From Parachlamydiales bacterium (GTDB lineage Bacteria; Chlamydiota; Chlamydiia; Chlamydiales; JAJFMK01), in the NCBI GenBank assembly GCA_963765145.1, contig CAVXVG010000026.1, positions 218,769-282,768 on the forward strand: a stretch of DNA of 64,000 bases, written 5' to 3'. The position numbers were made by a program, and so were the translations under genes. A model generated the notes under the pieces. The model searched no databases, had not been told where the DNA came from, and saw only the letters and a program-made list of their open reading frames with translations. Of this stretch, positions 56,527 to 64,000 are shown in pieces (the stretch's first letter is position 1; every line of letters begins with the position of its first letter).

Positions 56527-58715
56527 TGGATGTAACGCTCTTTGGTCACCTTTTCCCCCTATCTTTTTCATTCAACGAACAATTCAAGATACATTCTATA
56601 GGCGATTTTCTTGCTAAAATATACCCAGAAATAGTTGTAGGGCAACCTTTAGATCTATTTTTTGAAGTAAAAATGGATCCTTTTTCGATCAAAAGTCAGA
56701 AACTCGACCTTTCCTTTGAGGGAGAGTTAATCAAAGAGGGGGATGTCTATTTTCTATTTGGCGGGATGTGGCCATCAAATAAAAGAGTCAATGATTTCTT
56801 AAAGTTCAGAGAAAGAATCGACCTGATCGTCGATTTTAGTAGAGATGGGATGTGGGAGCTGAACCTTGAAACAGATGCCTACTTCTTTAGTCCACAAGCA
56901 TGCCAAATGTTAGGCTACCAAGCAGGGGAGTTGACAGGGCATTTGTCGACTTGGGAACGGTTAGTCCATGCAGATGATCTATTGTTTGCCGAAGGGTTTT
57001 TAGAAAACCATCTGCAAAAAGGGGCTCCTTACGAATTTAAGTGTCGTATGCGAACCAAAGAGGGGCGGTGGAAGTGGATTTTGATTCGAGGACATCTAGT
57101 TGATCGGAAAAAGGATGGGACACCTCTTCGAATGATAGGCACTTATACCGATATCAACCATGAGAAGATAATAGAAGAAAAGTTGCATCTTCTCCATAGC
57201 CGCTTGATCGATGCTGTGGGCAGCTTAGAATCTGGATTTGCCATCTTTGATCGAGATGAAAAGCTGGTGGTTGGAAATGGAAAATACAGAGAACTGTTTT
57301 CGCTGCCTCGAGAATTGCTCGAGCCTGGTGTATCGATCGAGAGGGTATTATATGGAATCAATCCCGATGATATCTGGGTGGCAAGAGAAATTGCCCATTT
57401 TCGAAATCCAGGACAAGTGCGAGAAGATCCGTTTGGGAAAAAATGGCTTCGCCATGTGGAGAAGAGGACAACGGATGGTGGTTTGGTTTCTCTAGTCATC
57501 GATATCACGAAAAGGAAAGAGGCGGAAGAAGAACTCAAGAAAGCACGCCAAAGGGAAATTGATGTTGGTTATCGGATCCAAAAGACACTGCTTTTTGGCC
57601 ATTTGGATGTAAAGCCTATCGGGTTTGATGTTTATGCGATTTCAATGCCTTCTCAAGGCATTGACGGTGATTTTTATGACTTTTATGTCATGGGAAGAGA
57701 TGGCTTTGATCTTGTGATCGGAGACGTCATGGGCAAAGGAATACCTGCAGCTCTAATGGGAGCTGCAACCAAAAGCGCCTTTAGCAGAGCATTAACCTCA
57801 AAGGTAGGTTTTACCCCTAGCCCAGAGCACATTGTTACTTGGGTCCATTCCGAAGTTTCTTCTGAAATGATCAACCTTGAGACCTTTATGACGATTTGCT
57901 ACGGCAGATTCGATTGGCTTAACAAAAAACTGACATTTGTAGATGCAGGCCACACTTCCACACTCCATTACAAGGCAAAGGAACAAGCGGTTGTTGAAAT
58001 TTCGGGCGATAATGTTCCTCTTGGGTTTTTAAAGGATGAAATTTACAGAGAAAATGAGGTCTTTTTTGCGTGCGAAGATCTATTCATCTTCTATTCCGAC
58101 GGAGTGACAGAGAGTCGAGCTGTTGATGGAGAATTTTTTGGGACTGAAAGATTAAAAGAATTGATCAAGAGTTTAAGCCTTTTAAAGGCCCAAGAGATAG
58201 GAGAGAAATTATTAGAGGAACTGAAAAGGTTTACTTCGAATGGTAAATTACAAGATGATCTGACCATGATCATTGTGAAGGTAGAAACAGAAGGCCCAGC
58301 ACCCCTGGAAGAAAAACAGATGGCTGTAGAAGGGAGTTTTAGCGATTTGGTTTCTGTCCGTACATTTGTGCGGGAGTTTTGCAAAAATCTAGAGGAGCAT
58401 GAATGGGGAGAAACGAAAACCATGCATCTAGAATTGGCTGTGGATGAAGCCCTCACCAATATCATCGAACATGCATTAAGTGGGCAGGAAGATACAACGA
58501 TTGTCATCAAAATTGAGCGGTTCGAAGACCACCTTCTTTTACATCTCGATTATCCCGGTTCTCCCTTTAAGCCTGATAAACCCATTAGACCTAAAAGCGA
58601 AAAAATGGCAGAAGGGGGTCTTGGCCTCTATTTAATGGAACGTTTAACCGAAGGGGTCGAATATAAAGAGATGCCAAAAGGGCAACAGAGGATCACTTTA
58701 AGGAAAATTTTATGA
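56526..58715 (+). CDS. multidomain sensor: HNOBA-like N-terminus, 2 PAS, PP2C/SpoIIE (RsbU-type) phosphatase, RsbW-type HATPase kinase
   Basis: The N-terminus LFPLSFSFNEQFKIHSIGDFLAKIYPEIVVGQPLDLFFEV resembles the HNOBA pattern. PAS 1 is DGMWELNLETDAYFFSPQACQMLGY...RMRTKEGRWKWILIRGH...GTYTDINHEK. PAS 2 is ESGFAIFDRDEKLVVGN...LVIDITKRKEAEEEL. The PP2C part is GIDGDFYDF...VIGDVMGKGIPAALMGA...FIFYSDGVTE...QDDLTMIIVK. The C-terminus has the N-box DEALTNIIEHA and the G2 box EGGLGLYLMERL. The ATG at 56526 overlaps the upstream stop (TAATG). Confidence 0.8.
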   Translation: MDVTLFGHLFPLSFSFNEQFKIHSIGDFLAKIYPEIVVGQPLDLFFEVKMDPFSIKSQKLDLSFEGELIKEGDVYFLFGGMWPSNKRVNDFLKFRERIDLIVDFSRDGMWELNLETDAYFFSPQACQMLGYQAGELTGHLSTWERLVHADDLLFAEGFLENHLQKGAPYEFKCRMRTKEGRWKWILIRGHLVDRKKDGTPLRMIGTYTDINHEKIIEEKLHLLHSRLIDAVGSLESGFAIFDRDEKLVVGNGKYRELFSLPRELLEPGVSIERVLYGINPDDIWVAREIAHFRNPGQVREDPFGKKWLRHVEKRTTDGGLVSLVIDITKRKEAEEELKKARQREIDVGYRIQKTLLFGHLDVKPIGFDVYAISMPSQGIDGDFYDFYVMGRDGFDLVIGDVMGKGIPAALMGAATKSAFSRALTSKVGFTPSPEHIVTWVHSEVSSEMINLETFMTICYGRFDWLNKKLTFVDAGHTSTLHYKAKEQAVVEISGDNVPLGFLKDEIYRENEVFFACEDLFIFYSDGVTESRAVDGEFFGTERLKELIKSLSLLKAQEIGEKLLEELKRFTSNGKLQDDLTMIIVKVETEGPAPLEEKQMAVEGSFSDLVSVRTFVREFCKNLEEHEWGETKTMHLELAVDEALTNIIEHALSGQEDTTIVIKIERFEDHLLLHLDYPGSPFKPDKPIRPKSEKMAEGGLGLYLMERLTEGVEYKEMPKGQQRITLRKIL

Positions 58716-58900
58716 AGTTAAGCTTAATTTTTGCGCTGATCATTGCTCTTTTTACTTTTTTTATCTTTACCGGCGAAACTTCAGACACGTCCATTTTTGA
58801 GAGGTTGATTTACTCGCTTGTATTGTTTGGGGTTTCTTTCGGGCTATTTGAGCTGTTCCGATTTACCTATGACTGGTTGAGAGACTGTTTTAAAAAGTGA
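58712..58900 (+). CDS. small two-TM membrane protein
   Basis: 62 aa with an ATGA overlap on the sensor gene and two hydrophobic segments. Confidence 0.4.
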   Translation: MKLSLIFALIIALFTFFIFTGETSDTSIFERLIYSLVLFGVSFGLFELFRFTYDWLRDCFKK

Positions 58901-58912
58901 TATAACTAGGCT

Positions 58913-59311
58913 ATGAATAAACTGATTTTTTTTCTCTTTTGCTGCGCGATGATGTTTGCAGCAACAACTCCTCCTCCCTTTACCGAGGGGGATGAAATCG
59001 ATTTTTATGAGCAGTTGCAAGATGAATTGGCTGCGTCTGAAAATCAGGTGCATGCATTGGTAATGGAAAAGGCTAATAATCGAACGATTTTTACTCACCA
59101 GCGCCAAATCATGCTAGAGTCGGCTAAAAGCGCGATGGAGACAAAGTACACCCTCTATTCGAACTTTTACCAAACACCCTCTATACAGTCGCCCCAGGTT
59201 CGGAGGATTCTTTTAGATATCTTTCAAAGCGATGAAGTGACGACAGATGACCTTCAAAATTTACAATCGGCTGTTATACAGTGGCAGCGAAGAAAAAAGG
59301 AGACACAATGA
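58913..59311 (+). CDS. small secreted protein, paralogue A
   Basis: It has the signal peptide MNKLIFFLFCCAMMFAA. It shares a motif series with the next ORF: (D/E)E..FY.QLQ, LESA.A, F.TP.IQ.P..R..LL..FQ.DEV...DL..LQ.AI..W. Confidence 0.5.
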   Translation: MNKLIFFLFCCAMMFAATTPPPFTEGDEIDFYEQLQDELAASENQVHALVMEKANNRTIFTHQRQIMLESAKSAMETKYTLYSNFYQTPSIQSPQVRRILLDIFQSDEVTTDDLQNLQSAVIQWQRRKKETQ

Positions 59312-59709
59312 AACATTTGCTTATCACCCTTTTTGCGACGGTGCTCGTTGCAGGAGAGCCACTTGCTGCAGCATTGCCGGCAACGACGAATAACACGAGC
59401 TTTTCTAAAGCTGATGAAGAACAGTTTTATGCACAGTTACAAGCTGGTTTGAAAAAATCGCAAGACCGTGTTGGACAACTGCAGAGAGCGGGAAGTGGAA
59501 TACAAAACGAGATGGCCTTAGAATCAGCTCAAGCGACATTTGCCATTAAGCAGACGATGTTTACCAATTTTAAAGGGACTCCTGCTATCCAGTTTCCGGA
59601 AATCCGGCAACAATTGTTGTCTCTTTTTCAAAAAGATGAAGTCGGCGCTCAGGATTTGGTTGCCCTGCAACAGGCCATCTACGATTGGGAACAATCTGCC
59701 AAGCGTTAA
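59308..59709 (+). CDS. small secreted protein, paralogue B
   Basis: ATG at 59308 preceded by AAGGAG, with the signal peptide MKHLLITLFATVLVAG. It is a paralogue of 58913-59311. Confidence 0.55.
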   Translation: MKHLLITLFATVLVAGEPLAAALPATTNNTSFSKADEEQFYAQLQAGLKKSQDRVGQLQRAGSGIQNEMALESAQATFAIKQTMFTNFKGTPAIQFPEIRQQLLSLFQKDEVGAQDLVALQQAIYDWEQSAKR

Positions 59710-59719
59710 TAATAAGATA

Positions 59720-59813
59720 TGTAGCTTAGGCTTTAGCCTGAGCTCGTTCCGCGGGTTTTAACCCGCGGTGGGTGGTGCGGGGTTAAAACCCCGCAAAACG
59801 AGCTCAGACTACA
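59720..59813. repeat. R3 palindromic element, copy 2 (right arm partly deleted)
   Basis: TGTAGCTTAGGCTTTAGCCTGAGCTCGTTCCGCGGGTTTTAACCCGCGG...GCGGGGTTAAAACCCCGCAAAACGAGCTCAGACTACA. It lies between convergent gene ends. Confidence 0.8.
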
Positions 59814-59831
59814 TTGTGGCACATATAACGC

Positions 59832-60500
59832 TTAGACAGGGACAATCACTGCTGAATTGTTATAAGCATAGTGCATGACTGTGCCAACGAAAAGAAATGC
59901 AATAGTTAGTGCGAGCCCTAAGAGCAAACTATCTCCCGATGCGACGGCATATGCTAAAGCAGCGACGGCCATTGTTACCCCACCTTTAAGAACAGATGCT
60001 TTAAAAGCATCTCTTTCGATATTTGCAATTGCTTCTCTTGAATTTTCTATAATTACATTTGCAACGGTTGCGGTTTTATTATAAGCAATAAGGATTGCTG
60101 GGGTTGTTGTTACTGTTGAATATGTGATTGCTCGTCCTCCATCTGCCCGGGTTGGCTCTTTGGTTGGCTCTGTGACTAGATCTCCTTCTCCGTCTGCGCG
60201 AGCTGGTGGCTCTATGGTTGGATCCCCATCTGTGCGAGTTGGATCTCCAGTTGGGTCTTCTCCTCTTTCAGGTGCATCAGCTGAGGCCTTAGAAAATAGA
60301 ACGTACAAAGCAAGGCTTACAAGGCATGTGCCAGCTGTGACGGCAGCGATAGTCCTTTTATCCAAAGACGCAAAAGTTTGAACTGGATTTTGAAAAACCG
60401 AAGCTTTTAAGGCGGAAATTTTTGAACCTAAATCAGAGAAAAAGGGCCTTATTTGATCGAATGTTGGTAAAGATGGGATGGAAAGATTTGGAAACTGCAT
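59832..60500 (-). CDS. membrane protein with a bilobed hydrophobic domain and a Pro/Thr/Asp-rich repeat (Inc-like candidate)
   Basis: 222 aa with a TM segment at AAVTAGTCLVSLALYVLF and the repeat region GEDPTGDPTRTDGDPTIEPPARADGEGDLVTEPTKEPTRADGG. A C-terminal ~40-aa double hydrophobic stretch is present (VTMAVAALAYAVASGDSLLLGLALTIAFLFVGTVM). Confidence 0.45.
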   Translation of the reverse strand: MQFPNLSIPSLPTFDQIRPFFSDLGSKISALKASVFQNPVQTFASLDKRTIAAVTAGTCLVSLALYVLFSKASADAPERGEDPTGDPTRTDGDPTIEPPARADGEGDLVTEPTKEPTRADGGRAITYSTVTTTPAILIAYNKTATVANVIIENSREAIANIERDAFKASVLKGGVTMAVAALAYAVASGDSLLLGLALTIAFLFVGTVMHYAYNNSAVIVPV

Positions 60501-60591
60501 AAAAGCACCTTTTTAAATTTTAATATATATTAATTTAGACTGTGGTTTCTAATCAATATTTTATTGTGAGGTTGGCTAATGCAACGTTTCA

Positions 60592-61596
60592 TCATCTTGA
60601 TTTAATACGATTCCACGCTTCGTTGTAATAAACAGTTGCATTGCCGACATCTAAAATCGGATAACATTTTTTTACCTCATGCTCCGGGGGGAAAATAAGA
60701 GTGTTTTGCCGGTACGACAAGGGTAATGTATCGAACATTGTCTTATTTGCCGGATTTGCGTAGGCAAATTCCATATTGAGACGGGCAATTTCTGGGTCTA
60801 ATAAATGGTTGATGAAAGCATAAGCTAACTCAACATCTACGGCTCCCTTAGGGATGGATAGCATGTCTGCAGAGACAATGCTTCCTTCTTCCGGAATGGA
60901 ATAGTCAACTTCGGGCGCTTCTTGGATGACCTGTTGGATTTCGCCTGAATAGGCTTGGCAAAGGAGAAACTCGCTGCTTGCTATCCCATTTTTATAATCG
61001 GAGTCAAATTTTGCAATATTCTGACGCCATTGGATGACAAGATCGGCTGCTTGTTGAACTTCTGCTTCCACCTCTGAATTAACCGAAAACCCAAGCGTTA
61101 GAAGAGCCGCTCCTATCACTTCCCGTATATCATTCAATAAGGTCATCCGGCCTTTATAGCTTTTGTCTCCAAAAATGGTCCAAGACTTGGGCCGCTCAAC
61201 ACGATCTGACCGATAGCCAATCCCTGTAGTGGTTAACATGTAGGGCAGCGCACTAGTTGTTAAGGGAATGTGATACCTTTCCAGTTCTTCAAAGTCGACA
61301 TTCTTTGTGTTAGGCATTTTTGAAAATTCGAGAGGAACTAATAGCCCTTGGTTTTCTAAAATTGTGACAAAATATTGTGTCGGAAAAATCAAATCATAAC
61401 CGCCACCGCCGGCTAAGAGCTTAGCGACCATCGATTCGTTAGAATCATAGGTGTCTATCGCCACATGGCAATCGTACTTATCTTCAAACGTTGTGATCGC
61501 ATCAGGGTGGACGTAATCGCTCCAAACATAAAGGTGTAGGGTTCGTTTAGATTCAAAACAACCGGAAAGCAGCAGAAGAACTAATAAAAATCTCAT
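60592..61596 (-). CDS. potD: spermidine/putrescine ABC transporter, substrate-binding lipoprotein PotD
   Basis: The ATG at 61596 overlaps the potC stop (ATGA). A lipobox is present (LLLLSGC), and the PotD-like body includes YVWSDY and GYDLIFP. Confidence 0.9.
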   Translation of the reverse strand: MRFLLVLLLLSGCFESKRTLHLYVWSDYVHPDAITTFEDKYDCHVAIDTYDSNESMVAKLLAGGGGYDLIFPTQYFVTILENQGLLVPLEFSKMPNTKNVDFEELERYHIPLTTSALPYMLTTTGIGYRSDRVERPKSWTIFGDKSYKGRMTLLNDIREVIGAALLTLGFSVNSEVEAEVQQAADLVIQWRQNIAKFDSDYKNGIASSEFLLCQAYSGEIQQVIQEAPEVDYSIPEEGSIVSADMLSIPKGAVDVELAYAFINHLLDPEIARLNMEFAYANPANKTMFDTLPLSYRQNTLIFPPEHEVKKCYPILDVGNATVYYNEAWNRIKSR

Positions 61597-62369
61597 CCTT
61601 CCTCTCCTTTTAAATATTCTGTAAAAGCAACGATGCAAAAAGTGACGACTAAAAAAATGGCCGATAGGGCATTGATGACCGGAGTTGTCCCATATTTAAT
61701 CATTCCATAGATGTAAAGGGGAAGTGTTTGAGAACCAGGTCCAGCTACAAAGAAAGTGACAACAAAATCATCAATCGAAAGAGTAAATGCCAAAAGAGCT
61801 GCAGCCATAATGCCGGGACCTAAGATCGGCAATAGTACTTTAAACACAACCTGCAACGGCTTTGCCCCTAAATCCCAAGCAGCCTCCAACAACGAAAAAT
61901 CGAAGTTTTGCAACCTGGAAAGCACCACAAAAGTGACATAACTGATGCAAAAGGTCGTATGCGCTAAAAAAATGGTAAAAAGGCCCAATTTCAAGTTGAG
62001 AAAAACGAAAAAGATAAGAAGGCTTACCCCCATCAGGAGGTCGGGTAAAAGCAGCGGAGAGAAAATCAACCCATAATGAGCTTTTTGAAGATGACCTCTA
62101 AACTTATGGATGGCAAAAGCGGCAAACGTACCCATTAAAGTAGAGGCGATGGTAGCTGATATGGCTACTACTAAGGAGTTAAGAAGAGCCAGTAAGACCT
62201 GAGGCTCAGAGAATAGCTTCAGATACCATTTGAAAGAAAATCCACCCCAAACAGAGCTAAAGCGGGAAGCATTGAACGAGCTGATCAACAACAGTATGAT
62301 GGGCAGGTAAAGAAAAACGAGAGTGACCCCGATGAGGATTTTGGGAAGGGCGCTTCTTGGTTGGCTCAT
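61593..62369 (-). CDS. potC: spermidine/putrescine ABC transporter permease PotC
   Basis: 258 aa with six TM segments and the EAA-loop region LLEAAWDLGAKPLQVFFKVLLP. Confidence 0.9.
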   Translation of the reverse strand: MSQPRSALPKILIGVTLVFLYLPIILLLISSFNASRFSSVWGGFSFKWYLKLFSEPQVLLALLNSLVVAISATIASTLMGTFAAFAIHKFRGHLQKAHYGLIFSPLLLPDLLMGVSLLIFFVFLNLKLGLFTIFLAHTTFCISYVTFVVLSRLQNFDFSLLEAAWDLGAKPLQVVFKVLLPILGPGIMAAALLAFTLSIDDFVVTFFVAGPGSQTLPLYIYGMIKYGTTPVINALSAIFLVVTFCIVAFTEYLKGEEG

Positions 62370-63226
62370 TCCACGTTCCTTTGGATTTTCAATTCGATCC
62401 CTTTTTTCGCGAATTTAGACATTAATAAAAGGGGCAACGTCGTAGCAAAAGCAAGAAGGAGAGAAAGGGCTGCAGCATCGGGAAAGTCTCTTTCCACCAA
62501 TGTTTTTTGAGCAATTTTATTTCCTAACATTTCCGAATGTGTTCCGCCGACTAAGTCCGGGATGACATAAGCCCCCATAAAAGGGATAAAAACCAATAGG
62601 ATAGCAGCCGATATCCCTTTGCTGATGCCCGGCAAATAAACTTTAAAAAAAGCTTGATAACGAGTGCAGCCCAAGTCTGTTGCCGCTTCAAAAAGCTGCC
62701 AATTAAACTTCTGCGAAGCTGTATAAATAGGGATAATAGCAAAGGGCAAGTAGGTATAAACCATCACAAAAAGGACAGCGATATCATTGTAAAGAAGGGT
62801 AGTGTCGGCAGGAACAAAAAAAACGATTTCCAAAAACCGTTTTAGCACACCTTCAGGATGTAAAAGGAGCTTCCATGCGTATACTCTGATAAGGAAGGAG
62901 CTCCAAGAAGGGACAATGATCAAAACCAATAATAGTCTTCGCCAAAACGGTGCGCTTCTTGCAATTCCATAGCCAACAGGTATGGCTAAAGCAAGGGTAA
63001 ACAAAGTGGCAACAGCACTCAAAATCACCGTTCTTGCAAGCACGATGAGATTGCCGGATGTGAAAATTGAATAAATGGAGGATAGAGACCAACCCTCACC
63101 AAAACCACCGTACAACCCTTTTTCTTTGAAGGCGCATCCGATCATAATGATGGCCGGTATCAAAAAAAAGACCGTTAAAAAAAGAAAGCTGGGGAGTGTT
63201 AGAAGAAGCTCTGTTTTTCTACGCAC
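62366..63226 (-). CDS. potB: spermidine/putrescine ABC transporter permease PotB
   Basis: EAA loop LFEAATDLGCTRYQAFFKVYLP. The first ATG (63301) lies inside the R2 repeat. An in-frame GTG at 63226, at the repeat boundary, gives VRRKTELLLTLPSFLFL. The start is uncertain. Confidence 0.85.
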   Translation of the reverse strand: MRRKTELLLTLPSFLFLTVFFLIPAIIMIGCAFKEKGLYGGFGEGWSLSSIYSIFTSGNLIVLARTVILSAVATLFTLALAIPVGYGIARSAPFWRRLLLVLIIVPSWSSFLIRVYAWKLLLHPEGVLKRFLEIVFFVPADTTLLYNDIAVLFVMVYTYLPFAIIPIYTASQKFNWQLFEAATDLGCTRYQAFFKVYLPGISKGISAAILLVFIPFMGAYVIPDLVGGTHSEMLGNKIAQKTLVERDFPDAAALSLLLAFATTLPLLLMSKFAKKGIELKIQRNVE

Positions 63227-63505
63227 AGCAATTACCGCTTGAAAAAAGTGAGCCACCCCAGAATGGGGTGAGGGATGGTAGCCCAGGGCATACCCAAACA
63301 ACCTGAAAAATTGGTTTTGGACTCAAGCGAAAGCTCTCTAGATTCGACTTTCGAAATCGGTCCCATATTCTAATATTGGACCGATTTTGAAAGATCGAAT
63401 CTAGAGGCTTTGGCTGAGTCCAAATTCCAATTTGGCAGGTTGTTTCGGTATAGAGAAACCCTGAAAGGGTGATGCAACCCTGGGGATTGTTGACGGAAAT
63501 TGCTG
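63226..63505. repeat. R2 element, copy 3 (inverted orientation), split by a nested 162-bp palindrome R7 (63290-63451)
   Basis: The R2 ends are CAGCAATTACC (63226) and GGAAATTGCTG (63505). The R2 core CCCCAGAATGGGGTGAGGGATGGTAGCCCAGGG is separated from AACCCTGAAAGGGTGATGCAACCCTGGGG by ATACCCAAACAACCTGAAAAATTGGTTTTGGACTCAAGCG...CGGTCCCATATTCTAATATTGGACCG...CAGGTTGTTTCGGTAT. Confidence 0.85.
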
Positions 63506-63507
63506 TG

Positions 63508-64000
63508 TTACGCATTCTCGTCCATAGTCATCTCGGTGAGCGCTTCATCTTTTTCGCTATATCTCTCTAATAAAAACCCGTCGTCAGCATGCCAAGAAAG
63601 CCAAACATGATCATTCCAGGTGATAGGCTTTTCATCGAGCAAAAACCTTGAGTGGGGTTGAAGGACAGAAATGCGATAGTCGCCAACTTTGACCCAAAAT
63701 TTGGTGTGATCTCCCTTATAGATCACATCGTCGACTTTGCCGGGGATTAAGTTGTGATGAGGCGACGGTTTTGCAGACTCCCTAGATATTCTGATTTTTT
63801 CCGGACGAACTGTTAAGTGGACCAATTCACCTCGATTCAGCTGCTTGTCATTGAAACAGATCACCGAAGGGAAATCTTCAATCTGCAGCTCGCTATATTC
63901 TGCTGTGATGGGTTTAGAAACAATGCCATCTAAAAAGTTGGTGTCACCAATAAAAGCTGCGACAAAGCTACTTTTTGGCGCTTCGTAGACTTCGATAGGT
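63508..64000 (-). CDS. potA: spermidine/putrescine ABC transporter ATPase PotA, C-terminal part only (start beyond the window)
   Basis: The frame stays open to position 64000. Hand translation of 63865-64000 gives PIEVYEAPKSSFVAAFIGDTNFLDG, the conserved post-ATPase PotA block, followed by the TOBE-like tail. Confidence 0.85.
   Translation of the reverse strand, partial: PIEVYEAPKSSFVAAFIGDTNFLDGIVSKPITAEYSELQIEDFPSVICFNDKQLNRGELVHLTVRPEKIRISRESAKPSPHHNLIPGKVDDVIYKGDHTKFWVKVGDYRISVLQPHSRFLLDEKPITWNDHVWLSWHADDGFLLERYSEKDEALTEMTMDENA

Overview
I read this 64-kb chromosomal segment as coming from an environmental (non-Chlamydiaceae) member of the phylum Chlamydiae. The main evidence is the gene order malQ - CesT-type chaperone - copN - cdsV - cdsU on the minus strand with ychF diverging from it, which matches C. 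trachomatis CT087-CT092. Supporting evidence includes an ADP/ATP-translocase (npt/tlc) relic, MOMP-like cysteine-rich porins, an autotransporter, and eukaryote-like effector candidates: ankyrin repeats, an OTU deubiquitinase, a minimal protein kinase, a DOT1-like methyltransferase and a GT11-like fucosyltransferase. Housekeeping genes include fba, typA, mgtE, ychF, dcd, potABCD, a cyclophilin, 3 tRNAs and two TlyC/CNNM paralogues.

Two things stand out beyond the ordinary gene content.

- **Repeats.** Almost every intergenic gap longer than about 100 bp holds a palindromic REP/MITE-like element. I distinguish at least 8 families, here called R1-R8. Several are nested in each other, sit inside operons (cdsV/copN, cdsU/cdsV, potA/potB) or supply the terminal codons of genes. 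One gene-free 1.3-kb gap (37508-38824) contains a 5 x 178/179-bp tandem array of self-complementary units.
- **Frameshifts.** There are at least 14 single-base frameshifts, nearly all at short homopolymer runs. They cluster in an npt gene (at least 5) and an amidohydrolase gene (5), with single hits in typA, a THUMP methyltransferase, a MOMP-like porin and an ABC exporter. From sequence alone I cannot separate real gene decay from homopolymer sequencing error.

No CRISPR array, rRNA, transposase, integrase or prophage genes were seen. All function calls rest on motifs I recognised by eye in the supplied translations; no database search was possible.
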